From contig CATQHZ020000001.1 in the NCBI GenBank assembly GCA_958296135.2, positions 1 to 64,000 of the forward strand: a stretch of DNA of 64,000 bases, given 5' to 3'. This document shows positions 1 through 13,383 of this stretch, piece by piece. The first letter of the stretch is position 1, and each line of letters begins with the position of its first letter. A program made the position numbers and the translations under genes. The stretch comes from an uncultured Poribacteria bacterium (GTDB lineage: Bacteria > Poribacteria > WGA-4E > WGA-3G). The notes below the pieces were generated by a model that was not told the DNA's origin, searched no databases, and was given only the letters and a program-made list of their open reading frames with translations.

Positions 1-149
1 TATCGGAACGGATTCTCGTGCCAATTGTCTGTATGGCATCATTCTAGCAAAAATCGGAATTTGTGTCAAGAAAAAAATGCCATCAAAACAAGGCTATGCC
101 ATTTTCAAAGTGTCGCGTCCCTTCATAGGTGGAGACTCGCCTGTTGCTG

Positions 150-1877
150 TTAATCTGATATCAGCGGCCCCTCGCCCACAGAACGCCCCGCCAAAAACAC
201 GCGCCACGTAATAGTATGTGGTGCTATTGCCGGTTCAAGGGCCAACGTATATCGATACATCCCGCCATCTTGGAGTGGCTGCATCGGCTGCGCGTCCCGA
301 TACAGCCGTGCATCCTGCATCAACGTCACCGTCGGGGCGAGGCCGACAAGCGGCTCACTCGGAATCGCGACGATGTCCCAATACCGCGGCAGCACCGGAT
401 TCGGCAGCACCGAAGAAACGAACGTCACCGCCGCAAAGCGCGTGGCACCGTAGTCATACGTTCTGACGATGTGCGGCTGGAGTCGCGGTGTTTCAGACTG
501 CAAACTGGGCACGAGCACCGCTTTCGTCACCGTAGGCGAAAGTGCCAATGAACCCACGCCTGACGCGGACAACGACACCTCCTGCACCGGGCTCAAAACG
601 TCGTGCTGATAGTCAATCAGATGTAGCCGCCAATCCTGTGCCGGTGTCTCACCAGAGAAACTGAGCGTCACGCCCGCAGCGGTTTGAGAAGCCTCCCATT
701 CAAAGACGAGATAGGCGGCAGCAAAATCCGGCAAGGTGTGAGACATCACCAGGGGCTGTTCGGGAGAAACACCTGTGCGGATACGATGCACCCGCGTCGG
801 CGAGAGTGTGAGGTTCACGTGCGCGTAATCGGAGAGATAGTTCGCAATCTTCCAGTCAGCGAACAACTCGGTCATCGTCACGTCGTATCCCTGTTCTTGC
901 AGTGCAGCGGCGATACCGTTCATGGAAGTGCCAGCGTGCTGCACAATGTGCCGCAGCGTACCCGTTCCCCCATAGCGTTCGTGCAAATAGAGCATCCAGA
1001 GAAACGCCGCGCCATAGTGCGGCAGGGATGTCCCTCCTGCCGCTGGCCAGGCCGTGAGAGAGACAGAAGAGTGCTTCTCAAAAGCAGCGATGTGCGCTCG
1101 CGAGGCGTAGCCACAAAGGAACGCCGCGTAGTCCGCGCAGCCCTCATCCACCCAGATCGCCTCACGGCTGTCGTGCCGCCAATGAATTAAATGTTGGAGC
1201 TCATGCGCGATGACGTTCTGCGCCTCTTCACTGTTAAGATTGAGCGGCAACGTATCAATGTAGAGCATATCCGCCACATTGCTGCGAATGGCAAGCCCGC
1301 GGAACCCCGGATGGCGGCGGACACCTCGCCCCTGGTCTGCCGAATTAAAAAAGCCTGCCGTGTAGTGTCCTGAGACATCAGCCGCATCCCGAATGTTAAG
1401 CAGCAGCAGAATCACGCGTCCATTCTCATCAACATCCGGCGGCACGCCGAATACCGCTGTCAATGTCGGATAGATACCCCGCGGGCCAGCCGGTGTCGCC
1501 TCGTCAAACGCGTGGATGAGCGTTTCCACCGTGCGAGGCGTGACGCGCCCTTCCCATGCCGCCGCCTCAACGTAAACATAACAGAACCTGCCGACACCGC
1601 GCAACACGGCGGAAACGGTATACTGTTGCATGCTGCGAAAGTCTGGCGCGAAGAAGGTGCGTTCCGTCCCGACAGGCAGGGCTGGCTGCACCTGCCCGGG
1701 CGCAGATGGAGCGTCTTCCCTTTGCAGGGGCCGCGCGCGACGCTCCGCCCCAGTCGCCGCGGTTTGCAACGGTGTTTTGAACGCCGGTGTGCCGCAGCGG
1801 AACGCAACACTTGGCTGTGGACACATCAGCAAGAGGAGCACGAAAAAAAGGGACACCCGAGAAAGAACAGTTTTCAT
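150..1877 (-). CDS. Secreted zinc metallopeptidase (M30/immune inhibitor A-like)
   Basis: Signal-like N-terminus MKTVLSRVSLFFVLLLL; HELQH zincin motif with downstream WVDEG. Start moved to ATG 1877 because the upstream ORF extension is repeat DNA. Confidence 0.75.
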   Translation of the reverse strand: MKTVLSRVSLFFVLLLLMCPQPSVAFRCGTPAFKTPLQTAATGAERRARPLQREDAPSAPGQVQPALPVGTERTFFAPDFRSMQQYTVSAVLRGVGRFCYVYVEAAAWEGRVTPRTVETLIHAFDEATPAGPRGIYPTLTAVFGVPPDVDENGRVILLLLNIRDAADVSGHYTAGFFNSADQGRGVRRHPGFRGLAIRSNVADMLYIDTLPLNLNSEEAQNVIAHELQHLIHWRHDSREAIWVDEGCADYAAFLCGYASRAHIAAFEKHSSVSLTAWPAAGGTSLPHYGAAFLWMLYLHERYGGTGTLRHIVQHAGTSMNGIAAALQEQGYDVTMTELFADWKIANYLSDYAHVNLTLSPTRVHRIRTGVSPEQPLVMSHTLPDFAAAYLVFEWEASQTAAGVTLSFSGETPAQDWRLHLIDYQHDVLSPVQEVSLSASGVGSLALSPTVTKAVLVPSLQSETPRLQPHIVRTYDYGATRFAAVTFVSSVLPNPVLPRYWDIVAIPSEPLVGLAPTVTLMQDARLYRDAQPMQPLQDGGMYRYTLALEPAIAPHTITWRVFLAGRSVGEGPLISD

Positions 1878-2067
1878 ATTTTTTGTCCTTGCTGCTGGCG
1901 AGCGTGTAGGCGTTCGGGGATACCGAACGCCGAAGATGTGCTGTTTGGCTTTCGCAAACAGCACTGCACGCTCGCCTGAGCCAAGCGTTCGATAACGGTG
2001 GTTTGTGTAGAGATGATTGACGTGCATCATCCGCATGCGCCGTTGTTGCAGGCTAGGTGCTTTCGCT
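1875..2067 (-). repeat. ~100-bp dispersed repeat, copy R1 (carries an 87-bp insert)
   Basis: Aligns by eye with 8015-8116 except for the insert at 1893-1979 and one replaced hairpin. Confidence 0.9.
1893..1979 (+). mobile_element. T-shaped miniature element, copy T1
   Basis: Outer stem, hairpin, GAAGAT linker, hairpin; absent from the homologous site in 8015-8116. Confidence 0.75.
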
Positions 2068-2266
2068 AAAGAAGAAAAAGCAAGAAAAAAGTGAAAAAAT
2101 GTAGTCCTCCGCGGTCGATGATAGATAACGTCAGCCTAAGTCGGCTGACGTTATTGCACCAAAAATGCATATCAAACTTCTGCTTCTGCCATTCTCCCCA
2201 AAAGTAGAGGCCGGTGCAGAAAGCGACGAGGAGTATCGCGCCGATGGTAATTTGTCTCAGGGACAT
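2066..2266 (-). pseudogene. Truncated paralog of the 2749-3567 gene (N-terminal anchor only)
   Basis: LYFWGEWQKQKFD resembles IYFYAEWQKAQFD; the frame then runs into a perfect hairpin (2125-2154) and non-coding-looking DNA. Confidence 0.55.
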
Positions 2267-2748
2267 GAGTTCTCCATTGCGCGCGCCACAAGCGCGCTGA
2301 GTAAAACGTTTGCTAATCTACTGTCTCATAAAACGCTTTTTTTGTCAAGTTTTTTAAGACAGTCGCTCGGGACTGTCCTAAAAAAAACTTTGCGTTCTCT
2401 CCTGATTCGGAGAGTTGTCCGGCGGCGTAGGCTGAACCTAACTGACACACTGTGTTCAGTTAACTCCTTCCGGATGTCGTTAATGCTTATGATGGAGAGA
2501 AGATGCGCGGGGCGCGGGCGACTTGGATGAGCGCGAGAAGTGCGCCGATGAGGATGCTGGTTAAGAAACGGTTCATTTTATGGAAGCATCGAGACCGGGA
2601 GGGCTCTCTTCCTATAAAAAACCCCGCTGTGGAAAACCACGAAGTAGACATGTTGATTTTAACACGCATTGATTTTTTCTGAAGAAAAGTACGCGTTAAA
2701 ATGTGTGTGATGGGCGGATAGAAATATCCACCCTGACAGATTGCGCGT

Positions 2749-3567
2749 CTACTTTTTCAGTTGGCGGATGGCCTCCTTCACTCGTCTGCTCCTGGGATCC
2801 TCCGCCAGTATCCGCTCGAGTTTTGGCAGGATGATGTGTGCCACGATGCCGTCTAAGTCTGACCGGTGCTGTGTGCCAACCTGCCTTAGGATTCTAGCAG
2901 CGTTCGCCACGCCTCTGGTATAATGTTCGTCCCCTTCTTTCAAATCCAGATAGGGGATGAGGTAGGGAACAGATGGGGGTCCCATGGCGACGAGTGCTTC
3001 GGTGAGAGGGCTGCCTGAGAAGGGGCTCTCAACCTGATAAGCGACGAGGATTTCAATGGAGCGGGGATCGCGGAGGGGACAGAGTGCCTCCATCAACATG
3101 ACGATTTCTTCGGTGTTGTCGTCAGGGCCCCCTTCGTAGCCAAAGCTCACCGGGGGTGGTGTCAATTGCGCGATGAGTGCTGGGGTTCGGGGATCTGCGG
3201 TGCCGCCCCAGGCGAAGGGATTTTCCATAATATAGTCAAGTTTGGCCCAGGCTTTGGCAACCGGGTCCTCGGCATCAAGTTCGGCGAGGTTTTCGGGTTT
3301 GCTTGCCTCGTGCGGGCTGCCGGTGCTGGGTGGTTTCCAGTCGTCGCTGGGTATGAGTTCGGTCTCGCCGGTGTCGTTATTGTGTGCATCGTCGGCGGGT
3401 TTCCAGTCACCGTCGGGTTTCCCGTGGCCGCCGGGTTGTTCGTCGGCGGCGGGTGGCACGGGGCGTGCTGCGTCGAATTGTGCTTTCTGCCATTCAGCAT
3501 AGAAGTAGATGGCGAGGCAGAGCGCGAGTAGGATGCAGAAGCTGCTGATGAGGGTTTTGGCGTTCAT
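2749..3567 (-). CDS. Membrane-anchored hypothetical protein with a HEAT-like C-terminal region
   Basis: AAGGAG RBS before ATG 3567; N-terminal TM helix; ALVAMGPPSVPYLIPYL HEAT-like segment. Confidence 0.7.
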   Translation of the reverse strand: MNAKTLISSFCILLALCLAIYFYAEWQKAQFDAARPVPPAADEQPGGHGKPDGDWKPADDAHNNDTGETELIPSDDWKPPSTGSPHEASKPENLAELDAEDPVAKAWAKLDYIMENPFAWGGTADPRTPALIAQLTPPPVSFGYEGGPDDNTEEIVMLMEALCPLRDPRSIEILVAYQVESPFSGSPLTEALVAMGPPSVPYLIPYLDLKEGDEHYTRGVANAARILRQVGTQHRSDLDGIVAHIILPKLERILAEDPRSRRVKEAIRQLKK

Positions 3568-3794
3568 GAGGGTTCTCCTTTGGAAACGTTTTATAGCAAT
3601 CAAGTATCGGACCTTTTGTCTCTCCTACAGGACTCCGCTTCATCTCGGGTGCGGGGAGATGAAGTGGTGTTGTTCGTTGAGCACTAACGTGATGTGCCGG
3701 TTGTCTTTTTCAAGGATAACCTGTTTGGGTGCAATCATAACCAAGCACCAGCCGTTTTGGGAAACATCATCGAGCGTGACGAAGTGAATCTGTT

Positions 3795-3864
3795 GCATGC
3801 GGTGCTACGGCGATGAGCGTCCCTGCCCAGACCCTCGTTATCGAACGCCTCGCGCCAAGACAAA
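3795..3864 (+). repeat. ~100-bp dispersed repeat, copy R2 (5'-truncated)
   Basis: gcatgcggtgctacggcgatgagcgt...gttatcgaacgcctcgcgccaagacaaa matches R3/R5 and abuts the TPR gene stop codon. Confidence 0.8.
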
Positions 3865-5508
3865 TTACTTCAAAGCCTCCAATTTCTCGCGGAGCTCCAC
3901 CGCGATATCCGAACCTTCCGGGGCCACTTGCACGGCGCGTTCCAACGTTTGCACCGCCTTCTCCTTCAACCCCTTTTCCAGATACGCATCGCCGAGGTGT
4001 CCCAGGATTTCCGGTGTCGCCGGCAGGTGCCGGTCTGCCAGTTCTAACAACTCAATCGCGTCCGCGACTTGTCCCTGCTTCAAATAGATGAAGCCTAAAC
4101 TATCAAGGTATGCGCCGGAGGTAGGCGAGACTTTGAGTGCGCGCTGGACGAGCGCGGCTGCCTCCTCTAAGTGAATGCCCTGCTCGGCGTAGAGGTACCC
4201 TAACGCATTAGATGCATCGGGGTGCCCCGGTGCCAACGTCAGCACCTTCCGGAAATAAGTTTCGGCCTGCTTGAGACTGCCCAACGTTTGATGCGCGCTG
4301 CCGCTGCCGTAAAGCGCGCCCACATGGTTCTCATCGGCGGCGAGAAGTTTGTCAAAAGTGTCCAACGCCTGTTGCGGCTGTTCAAATCGCAAATAGACTT
4401 GGCCGAGCGCATACCGCACCTCAGTCAGCCGTGCCTTAAGTTCCGCGCGTTCCGCACGATTCCGAGTCTGCCGCGTCTTTTCAAGCGTCAACCCCAGTGC
4501 CTTCGTCAGGTGGAACACCGCCGTATCCAAATCGTCCACCCATTGATAGGCGAGTCCGATGCCGAAATGCGCATCAAGTTCCGTTGCGGCCAACTCGCCG
4601 GAGACAGGCCCGTGCGCCGCTGCGTCGTTAATCGCCTCCAACACCGTGCCGAAAGCCGCCACCGCTCTCTCATAGTCCCCCGCTTGAACGTAAAGCAATC
4701 CCAAGTGATTCCGGACCCGCACATTTCCCGGCTGAATCGTAACGACACGCTGATAAGCCTGGAGTGCCTGCGGTGTCTGTCCTTCAGCTTCATACAACTC
4801 GGCCAGCCGTTCATGAAACCGCGCCTGAAACGGCTCGATGCGAGTGAGTGCCTTAAAAGCAGCGATGGCGAGTGCTGTCTCGCCGAATTCGCTAGCAATC
4901 TGGCCGAGGTACCACTGCCCATCAACGTGGTCTGCATCTAATTCAACCACGCGTTTTAAAACCGTGCCGAGTTCCGTCTGCATCGGGTTCGCCTGTCGTC
5001 TCTGAGTTGCGAACGTCCGTTGAATTAAGAGACGCGCGAGGAGCCAAGTGGCATGCACATTCTCTGGATTCAGCGCGAGTGCTTGTCGGCAATCGGCTTC
5101 GGCGCCGCGGACATCCTGCAACGCCTCAAAGCGGAGTGCGGCGCGCCGCGTATAGATGAGACTGGACGGTGGCCCGTCGGCGATGAGGGTATCGTAAGCC
5201 GTCCGGCTTTCGGAAACCAGGTTGCGTCCGACGGTTTGATGATAGACGGCCGACATGAAGCGAGCATACCGCTCAGCGGTGAGGCGCAGTGCCGCGCCGC
5301 CCGCTTCCGTTGCGATAGGCAGCTCTTGTAAGGGTGGATGAGTCGCGCGTGACTCATCGGCCCCCGCACTTCCGACGGAAACCATGATTAAAAAGACAAG
5401 GCCTATCATCACCCCAGCTGTCGCTGTTTTTAACTGCACAAGTTGTGCAGATGGCGTTCGCTGGATTGCTTCGATGATATGATGCTTATGCGTCAAGAAA
5501 TATGTCAT
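3865..5508 (-). CDS. Tetratricopeptide-repeat protein (start uncertain; may be ~5409)
   Basis: Multiple TPR motifs (NALGYLYAEQG, YLDSLGFIYLKQG, HLGDAYLEKG); hydrophobic N-terminal segment. Confidence 0.85.
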   Translation of the reverse strand: MTYFLTHKHHIIEAIQRTPSAQLVQLKTATAGVMIGLVFLIMVSVGSAGADESRATHPPLQELPIATEAGGAALRLTAERYARFMSAVYHQTVGRNLVSESRTAYDTLIADGPPSSLIYTRRAALRFEALQDVRGAEADCRQALALNPENVHATWLLARLLIQRTFATQRRQANPMQTELGTVLKRVVELDADHVDGQWYLGQIASEFGETALAIAAFKALTRIEPFQARFHERLAELYEAEGQTPQALQAYQRVVTIQPGNVRVRNHLGLLYVQAGDYERAVAAFGTVLEAINDAAAHGPVSGELAATELDAHFGIGLAYQWVDDLDTAVFHLTKALGLTLEKTRQTRNRAERAELKARLTEVRYALGQVYLRFEQPQQALDTFDKLLAADENHVGALYGSGSAHQTLGSLKQAETYFRKVLTLAPGHPDASNALGYLYAEQGIHLEEAAALVQRALKVSPTSGAYLDSLGFIYLKQGQVADAIELLELADRHLPATPEILGHLGDAYLEKGLKEKAVQTLERAVQVAPEGSDIAVELREKLEALK

Positions 5509-8017
5509 GCTCTGCCTCCAATTCAATTGTGCCGACATCGACAACGGTTTCGTCGCCCTGGAGTGTCATCACACGGACGCCGGTGGTAGTTCTCCCGATG
5601 GGGCGAATGTCGCTGACAGCCATGCGGGTGACATACCCGCTGGAACTAATCAACACTAATTCATTTGTATCCGAGACGCGTTTGGCGGTGACAACTGGGC
5701 CGTTCCGCTCGGACTGCTTGATGGCGATAATGCCTTTGCCGCCGCGTCTTTGCGGCCGGTATTCAGAGAGATAGGTGCGTTTGCCATAGCCGTTTTCCGC
5801 GACAATGAGCAGCGTCTCCTCCTTTTTTTTCGGCTCGGCTTCAGTCTCATCTGTCTCTGTCTCTGGCGCGGGCGGTTGCGTGCGTGCAGTGACTACCATT
5901 GAGACAACAGCGTCGTCAGGTTTCAGGCCGATGCCACGCACACCGCGGGTATTCCGTCCTGTGGCTCTCACCTGTGCCTCGTCGAACCGGATGGCGGTGC
6001 AGTTCTGGGTGACGAGGAGCACCTCGGCGGTGCCATCGGTGAGTTGCGCGCCGATAAGCCGGTCTCCTTCATCAAGGCTCACAGCAATGATACCGGTAAC
6101 GAGGGGGTTCTGAAAACGGGCCAAGTTCGTCTTTTTGACAATGCCATTCGCCGTTGCCATAAAGACGAAAGCGTTCTCGTTAAATTCACGCACAGGGACA
6201 AAAGCGGTAATGTTTTCGTCCGGCGCGAGGCGGAGGAGGTTAACTATGGCGCGCCCTGCGGCGGTGCGCCGTCCCTCTGGAATCTCAAACACTTTCAGCC
6301 AATAGCACTTGCCCTTATCGGTGAAGAAGAGGATGTACTGATGCGCGGAGGCGATGAAGAGATGCTCTAAAAAATCGCCATCTTTCGTGACACCGCCCTT
6401 GATGCCGACACCGCCGCGTTTCTGCTTCCGGTACGTATCAATCGGCAAGCGTTTGAGATACCCGGCATGCGAGAGCGTCACCACCATCTCGTCGTCTGCA
6501 ACCAGGTCTTCGATGTCAAAGGCTTGGACGGCGGCGGTAATTTGGGTGCGGCGTTCATCGCCATAGGTGGTTTTGAGTTGCTCCAACTCGGTGCGGATGA
6601 TGTCGGTGATGAGAGTGTCACTGCCGAGAATGGCCCGCCGTTCCGCAATCTCCTCCAATCTATCAGTGTGCTCGTCATGGATGCGCCGGCGTTCGAGCCC
6701 GGTGAGTTGCCGTAGCGTCATCGTCAAGATTTCGCGCGCCTGCTGCTGACTTAACTGGTAGGTTTCTCGCAGCTGCTGCAGTGCGGCATCCGGCGATGCG
6801 GCTGTCTGGACGCGCTCAATGATATCTTCCAAGTTTTGCAAGGCTGTGAGATACCCTTCCAAGATATGCGCCCGGCGTTCGGCTTGCGCCAACTCAAATT
6901 GTGTGCGCCGCCGGATGACATCGCGGCGATGTTCCAAGTAGTGCTGCAGTATCTGGGCCAAGGTTAACACTTTCGGCAGCCCATCGACGAGACACAACAA
7001 ACTCGCGCTGAAGTTGGTTTGCATCTGCGTATGCTTATAGAGCTGGTTGAGAATGACTTGCGAAATCTCGCCCCGTTTCAGTTCAATGACGATGCGGATA
7101 TCGCTATCGGATTCGTCTCGGATATCCGAAATGCCGGTAATCGTTTTGTTGACAACGAGGTGATACATCCGTTCCAACAGATGGTTCTTCTTCACCTGAT
7201 ACGGAATCTCGGTGATGACGATTTGTTCTTTGGGCGTTCTCCGCGCACCTGTCGCGGCGCGCTCGATGACGGCTTTGGCACGGAGCGTCATGCTGCCCCT
7301 GCCGGTGGTATACATCTTTTTGATGCCATCGGTGCCGACGATGCTGCCGGCGGTGGGAAAGTCAGGACCGGCGATGTATGCCATCAGCGTTGCGGCATCG
7401 GCACCCGGGTCCTCCAATTTACAGAGCAGCGCGTCCACGACTTCACGCAAGTTGTGCGGCGGAATCCGCGTCAGATAGCCTACGCCTATCCCGGTGGTGC
7501 CGTTGAGGAGCAGATTGGGCAACAGGCCGGGCAGCACCGTCGGTTCTTCCAACGACTCTTTGTAGTTGGGCTGGAAGTCGACAACCTGCTTTTGGATGTC
7601 GGTGAGCATCTCGCCGGCGATGTTAGCGAGACGGCATTCGGTGTAACGCATCGCACCGGGCGGATCATCGTCGATACTGCCGAAGTTCCCCTGCCCATCA
7701 ATGAGCGGATACCGCGTGCTGAAATCCTGCGCCATGCCGACAAGTGTATTGTAAATGGGCCCGTCTCCGTGCGGGTGGAAGTTTTTCATCACCTCGCCTA
7801 CGACAGCGGCGCACTTGTCATAGGGCCGCTCGGCGGTGAGGTTGATTTGTCCCATGGCGTAGATAATGCGCCGGGTGCTCGGTTTGAGTCCATCGCGCAC
7901 ATCCGGTATCGCGCGATTCGTGTTCACACTCATCGCGTAGGTGAGATACGATGTTTTGAGCTCGTTTTCGATGTTGCGTTCTTGTATGTTTTCATGTACC
8001 GCCATGCGTTCGTTCAT
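5486..8017 (-). CDS. gyrA: DNA gyrase subunit A
   Basis: RAIPDVRDGLKP, FHPHGD, catalytic AMRYTE, GyrA box QKRGGVG, pinwheel repeats. Confidence 0.98.
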   Translation of the reverse strand: MNERMAVHENIQERNIENELKTSYLTYAMSVNTNRAIPDVRDGLKPSTRRIIYAMGQINLTAERPYDKCAAVVGEVMKNFHPHGDGPIYNTLVGMAQDFSTRYPLIDGQGNFGSIDDDPPGAMRYTECRLANIAGEMLTDIQKQVVDFQPNYKESLEEPTVLPGLLPNLLLNGTTGIGVGYLTRIPPHNLREVVDALLCKLEDPGADAATLMAYIAGPDFPTAGSIVGTDGIKKMYTTGRGSMTLRAKAVIERAATGARRTPKEQIVITEIPYQVKKNHLLERMYHLVVNKTITGISDIRDESDSDIRIVIELKRGEISQVILNQLYKHTQMQTNFSASLLCLVDGLPKVLTLAQILQHYLEHRRDVIRRRTQFELAQAERRAHILEGYLTALQNLEDIIERVQTAASPDAALQQLRETYQLSQQQAREILTMTLRQLTGLERRRIHDEHTDRLEEIAERRAILGSDTLITDIIRTELEQLKTTYGDERRTQITAAVQAFDIEDLVADDEMVVTLSHAGYLKRLPIDTYRKQKRGGVGIKGGVTKDGDFLEHLFIASAHQYILFFTDKGKCYWLKVFEIPEGRRTAAGRAIVNLLRLAPDENITAFVPVREFNENAFVFMATANGIVKKTNLARFQNPLVTGIIAVSLDEGDRLIGAQLTDGTAEVLLVTQNCTAIRFDEAQVRATGRNTRGVRGIGLKPDDAVVSMVVTARTQPPAPETETDETEAEPKKKEETLLIVAENGYGKRTYLSEYRPQRRGGKGIIAIKQSERNGPVVTAKRVSDTNELVLISSSGYVTRMAVSDIRPIGRTTTGVRVMTLQGDETVVDVGTIELEAEHDIFLDA

Positions 8018-8116
8018 ATTTTTTGTCCTTGCGCCAAGCGTTCGATAACGGTGTTTGTGTAGAGACGCTCATCGCCGTAGCGTCGCATGCGCCGTTGTTG
8101 CATGCTAGGTGCTTTC
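8015..8116 (-). repeat. ~100-bp dispersed repeat, copy R3 (no insert)
   Basis: Matches R1, R4 and R5; ends in AAGGACAAAAAATATG, which is the first in-frame gyrA ATG. Confidence 0.9.
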
Positions 8117-8129
8117 CGGCAGTGTCTCC

Positions 8130-11103
<2,974 letters not shown>

Positions 11104-11661
11104 CGCTTTGCGTGACAAACAACCGCTGCAGCGCATTCTTCAAAGCTTCATCCGTGATGCCCGCGAGAGCCAACTCCATTGCCGTACGCGTCGCCGGCGA
11201 CACTGCCGGTGACACTGACGCGGTTGATGTTCTCACCCCTTTCGCCGATGAAAGGCCCTGTTCCTCCTGTCCACCGTCCGGCGCGCGAGAGCCTCTCCCT
11301 CCCGGGCGACATTCTAGCCGTAAGTCCCTCAGGACCGGACGCTCCAACCGCGCATTCAACCCAGCCACAATCTGCACCTTGTGGAACGACACCTCTGTCT
11401 GATACGCCGGATGCGTTGTCCAGACGGTGAGGATGCCATCCGAAAGCGAGGCGGGATGCGCATGGTTCGCAATAGGTTCGCCGACAACCTCGCGCCAAAG
11501 GGACAAAACTTGCTGCTCCAGCATCTTCGCCGCAAAGTGCCGCTCGCCGATGAGCGTTTTCAGTAGCGGCGAGATATGTTCGGTACCGCTCGGCGGCACG
11601 CTTCCAGTCTTCCGCATAGGACACCCCTCTACTGTCGATACTTAACTCCAGAAACCAGAAA

Positions 11662-11766
11662 AGCGAAACAACATAGCATGCAACAACGGCGCATGCGGTG
11701 CTACGGCGACAAGCCTCTCTGCACAAACCACTATTAGCGAACGCTCGCGCCAGGACAAAAAACATG
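11662..11766 (+). repeat. ~100-bp dispersed repeat, copy R5 (no insert)
   Basis: Matches R4; contains the recF stop codon. Confidence 0.9.
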
Positions 11767-13017
11767 CCCATTCTCAACCATGAAGACACAAGGGGCATCC
11801 AGATGGCGCAAGAGCCGCTCCTGCTGAGTCGCCGTGATGAACGTTTGCGCGCAGACCTGCTCAAGCACATCTAACAAGAACGCCGCGCGCTTGTCATCTA
11901 ATTCAGACACCACATCATCTAACAGCACCAGCGGCGCGCTACCCGTCCGCTCGCGAATCAGCTCAACTTCCGCCAGCTTGAGTGCAAGCGCAAGAGTGCG
12001 CTGCTGTCCCTGTGAACCGTAGGCGCGCGCACCCTCGCGCACCCGAAAGCCTTCACGTTCCGTCTCCAAGTCCAGCTGGAAATCATCCCGATGCAGACCG
12101 GCAGTCGTCGTGCCGCGCCGCCTATCCGTTTCGCGAGCCGCTCGCAAAGTGTCGCGAAATAGCTCCTGAACCTCAGCCGCTTTCCCTTCCCCGGTCGAGC
12201 GTGGCGGCTGTGCCGAATACGAAACAGTCTCCGAAGATGTTGATATCGGTAAACCGATGTCAACCGCACGCCCAACCGCGCCCAGCCTAGAGCCTGTCTC
12301 TCGCTGTGGATGCCATGCAGGACGATACGTCAACCTCAGTTGTTCGCGCCCGCCAGTGAGTGCCTTATGCTTTTGTAGCGCGTACTGTCTCAAATGCTGG
12401 AGTCCCTGAATCCGTTTCAAAATTACTGCCGTGCCGGCCTCAACCAGCAGTTCGTCCCACACGTCGAGTTGCGCCGTCCCGTGCCCACGGGCACGCCCGA
12501 ACGCTTTGAGCAATGCATTCCGCTGCTTCAGCACGGAACGATACTGCTGTAAATCCGCAAGATAACGGCTGTCTACCTGTGACAAGAGCGCATCGAGAAA
12601 GCGCCGGCGTTCACCCGGCGCGCCTTTGACTAACGCCAGCGACTCCGGTGAGAAACAGACAACGTTGCACTGCCCAAGCCACCCCGAACGCTTTGGCTCA
12701 AGCACGCCGTTTTTTTTAAGCGTGAACGGCCCCGTCGCCACTTTCGTCGCCTCCAAGCACAGCGCATCCGCGGCACCCGGATCCTCGGTGACATCGAGGC
12801 ACCCCTTCAAATAAAAGCCCGCCGCGTTATATTGAATTAACTCGGATACCGCGTAGGCGCGGTGCGATGCAGCAGTGCAGAGGAAATAGATAGCCTCTAG
12901 CAGACTCGTTTTTCCTTGTGCATTCCCGCCAAGAATTAAGTTAACACGCTGGGGAAAACCGATGTCACACTGAGTATAATTCCGAAAGTTGCGTAAGACG
13001 AGGTGAGTTAACTTCAT
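11734..13017 (-). CDS. recF: DNA replication/repair protein RecF
   Basis: NFRNY, GGNAQGKTSLLEAI, GSQGQQR, LLDDVVSELD. Confidence 0.97.
   Translation of the reverse strand: MKLTHLVLRNFRNYTQCDIGFPQRVNLILGGNAQGKTSLLEAIYFLCTAASHRAYAVSELIQYNAAGFYLKGCLDVTEDPGAADALCLEATKVATGPFTLKKNGVLEPKRSGWLGQCNVVCFSPESLALVKGAPGERRRFLDALLSQVDSRYLADLQQYRSVLKQRNALLKAFGRARGHGTAQLDVWDELLVEAGTAVILKRIQGLQHLRQYALQKHKALTGGREQLRLTYRPAWHPQRETGSRLGAVGRAVDIGLPISTSSETVSYSAQPPRSTGEGKAAEVQELFRDTLRAARETDRRRGTTTAGLHRDDFQLDLETEREGFRVREGARAYGSQGQQRTLALALKLAEVELIRERTGSAPLVLLDDVVSELDDKRAAFLLDVLEQVCAQTFITATQQERLLRHLDAPCVFMVENGHVFCPGASVR
12192..12278 (+). mobile_element. Degenerate T-shaped element T3, in frame inside recF
   Basis: Imperfect outer stem, decayed hairpin with AATA loop, GAAGAT, and hairpin gttgatatcggt-aa-accgatgtcaac; coincides with an atypical RecF segment. 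Confidence 0.6.
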
Positions 13018-13059
13018 TTTTCCACGTTACGATGCGAGAAGATTGTGGTGCGTTTTCTC

Positions 13060-13320
13060 GGAGTTATGCACATTTCTACTGTTAATACTAAGTACGATTA
13101 ATATATAAATTGTACTTAGTAGTAGTAGTAGGGGATGTGCATAAGTGCATAACTCGCTTAAACCCCTGATACACTCGGTAGGAAGGCTGTTGATAACCTG
13201 TGCATAACTTTTGGAGTTATGCACAGGTTATCAACATACGTCTGAAAAAAAGAGTTATGCACAGGTTATGCACAGGTTATGCACAACGTGTTAACAGAGT
13301 TATGCACAGGTTATGCACAG
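13060..13320. other. oriC: Replication origin oriC
   Basis: Nine TTATGCACA and two TTATCAACA boxes; AT-rich tract 13077-13116; five TAG trios (13117-13131) next to tandem DnaA boxes; directly downstream of dnaA. Confidence 0.92.
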
Positions 13321-13383
13321 GTAATTGACATTCAAAAAAGCCCTTTGGGCGGCAGCCCTTCCGCCGCGCAGGAAGGATAAACC

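Noticed and set aside
1893-1979. T-shaped element as a hammerhead ribozyme
   Set aside because: It lacks the CUGANGA and GAAA core on either strand.
2436-2466. Possible integron attC site (cctaac...gttaact)
   Set aside because: It is much shorter than an attC, and there is no integrase or cassette array.
13027-13224. 65-aa ORF between dnaA and recF as a dnaN remnant
   Set aside because: It has no resemblance to the beta clamp and overlaps the DnaA boxes and unwinding element.
13255-13319. 11-bp tandem repeat as plasmid iterons or a VNTR
   Set aside because: The units are DnaA boxes beside dnaA.
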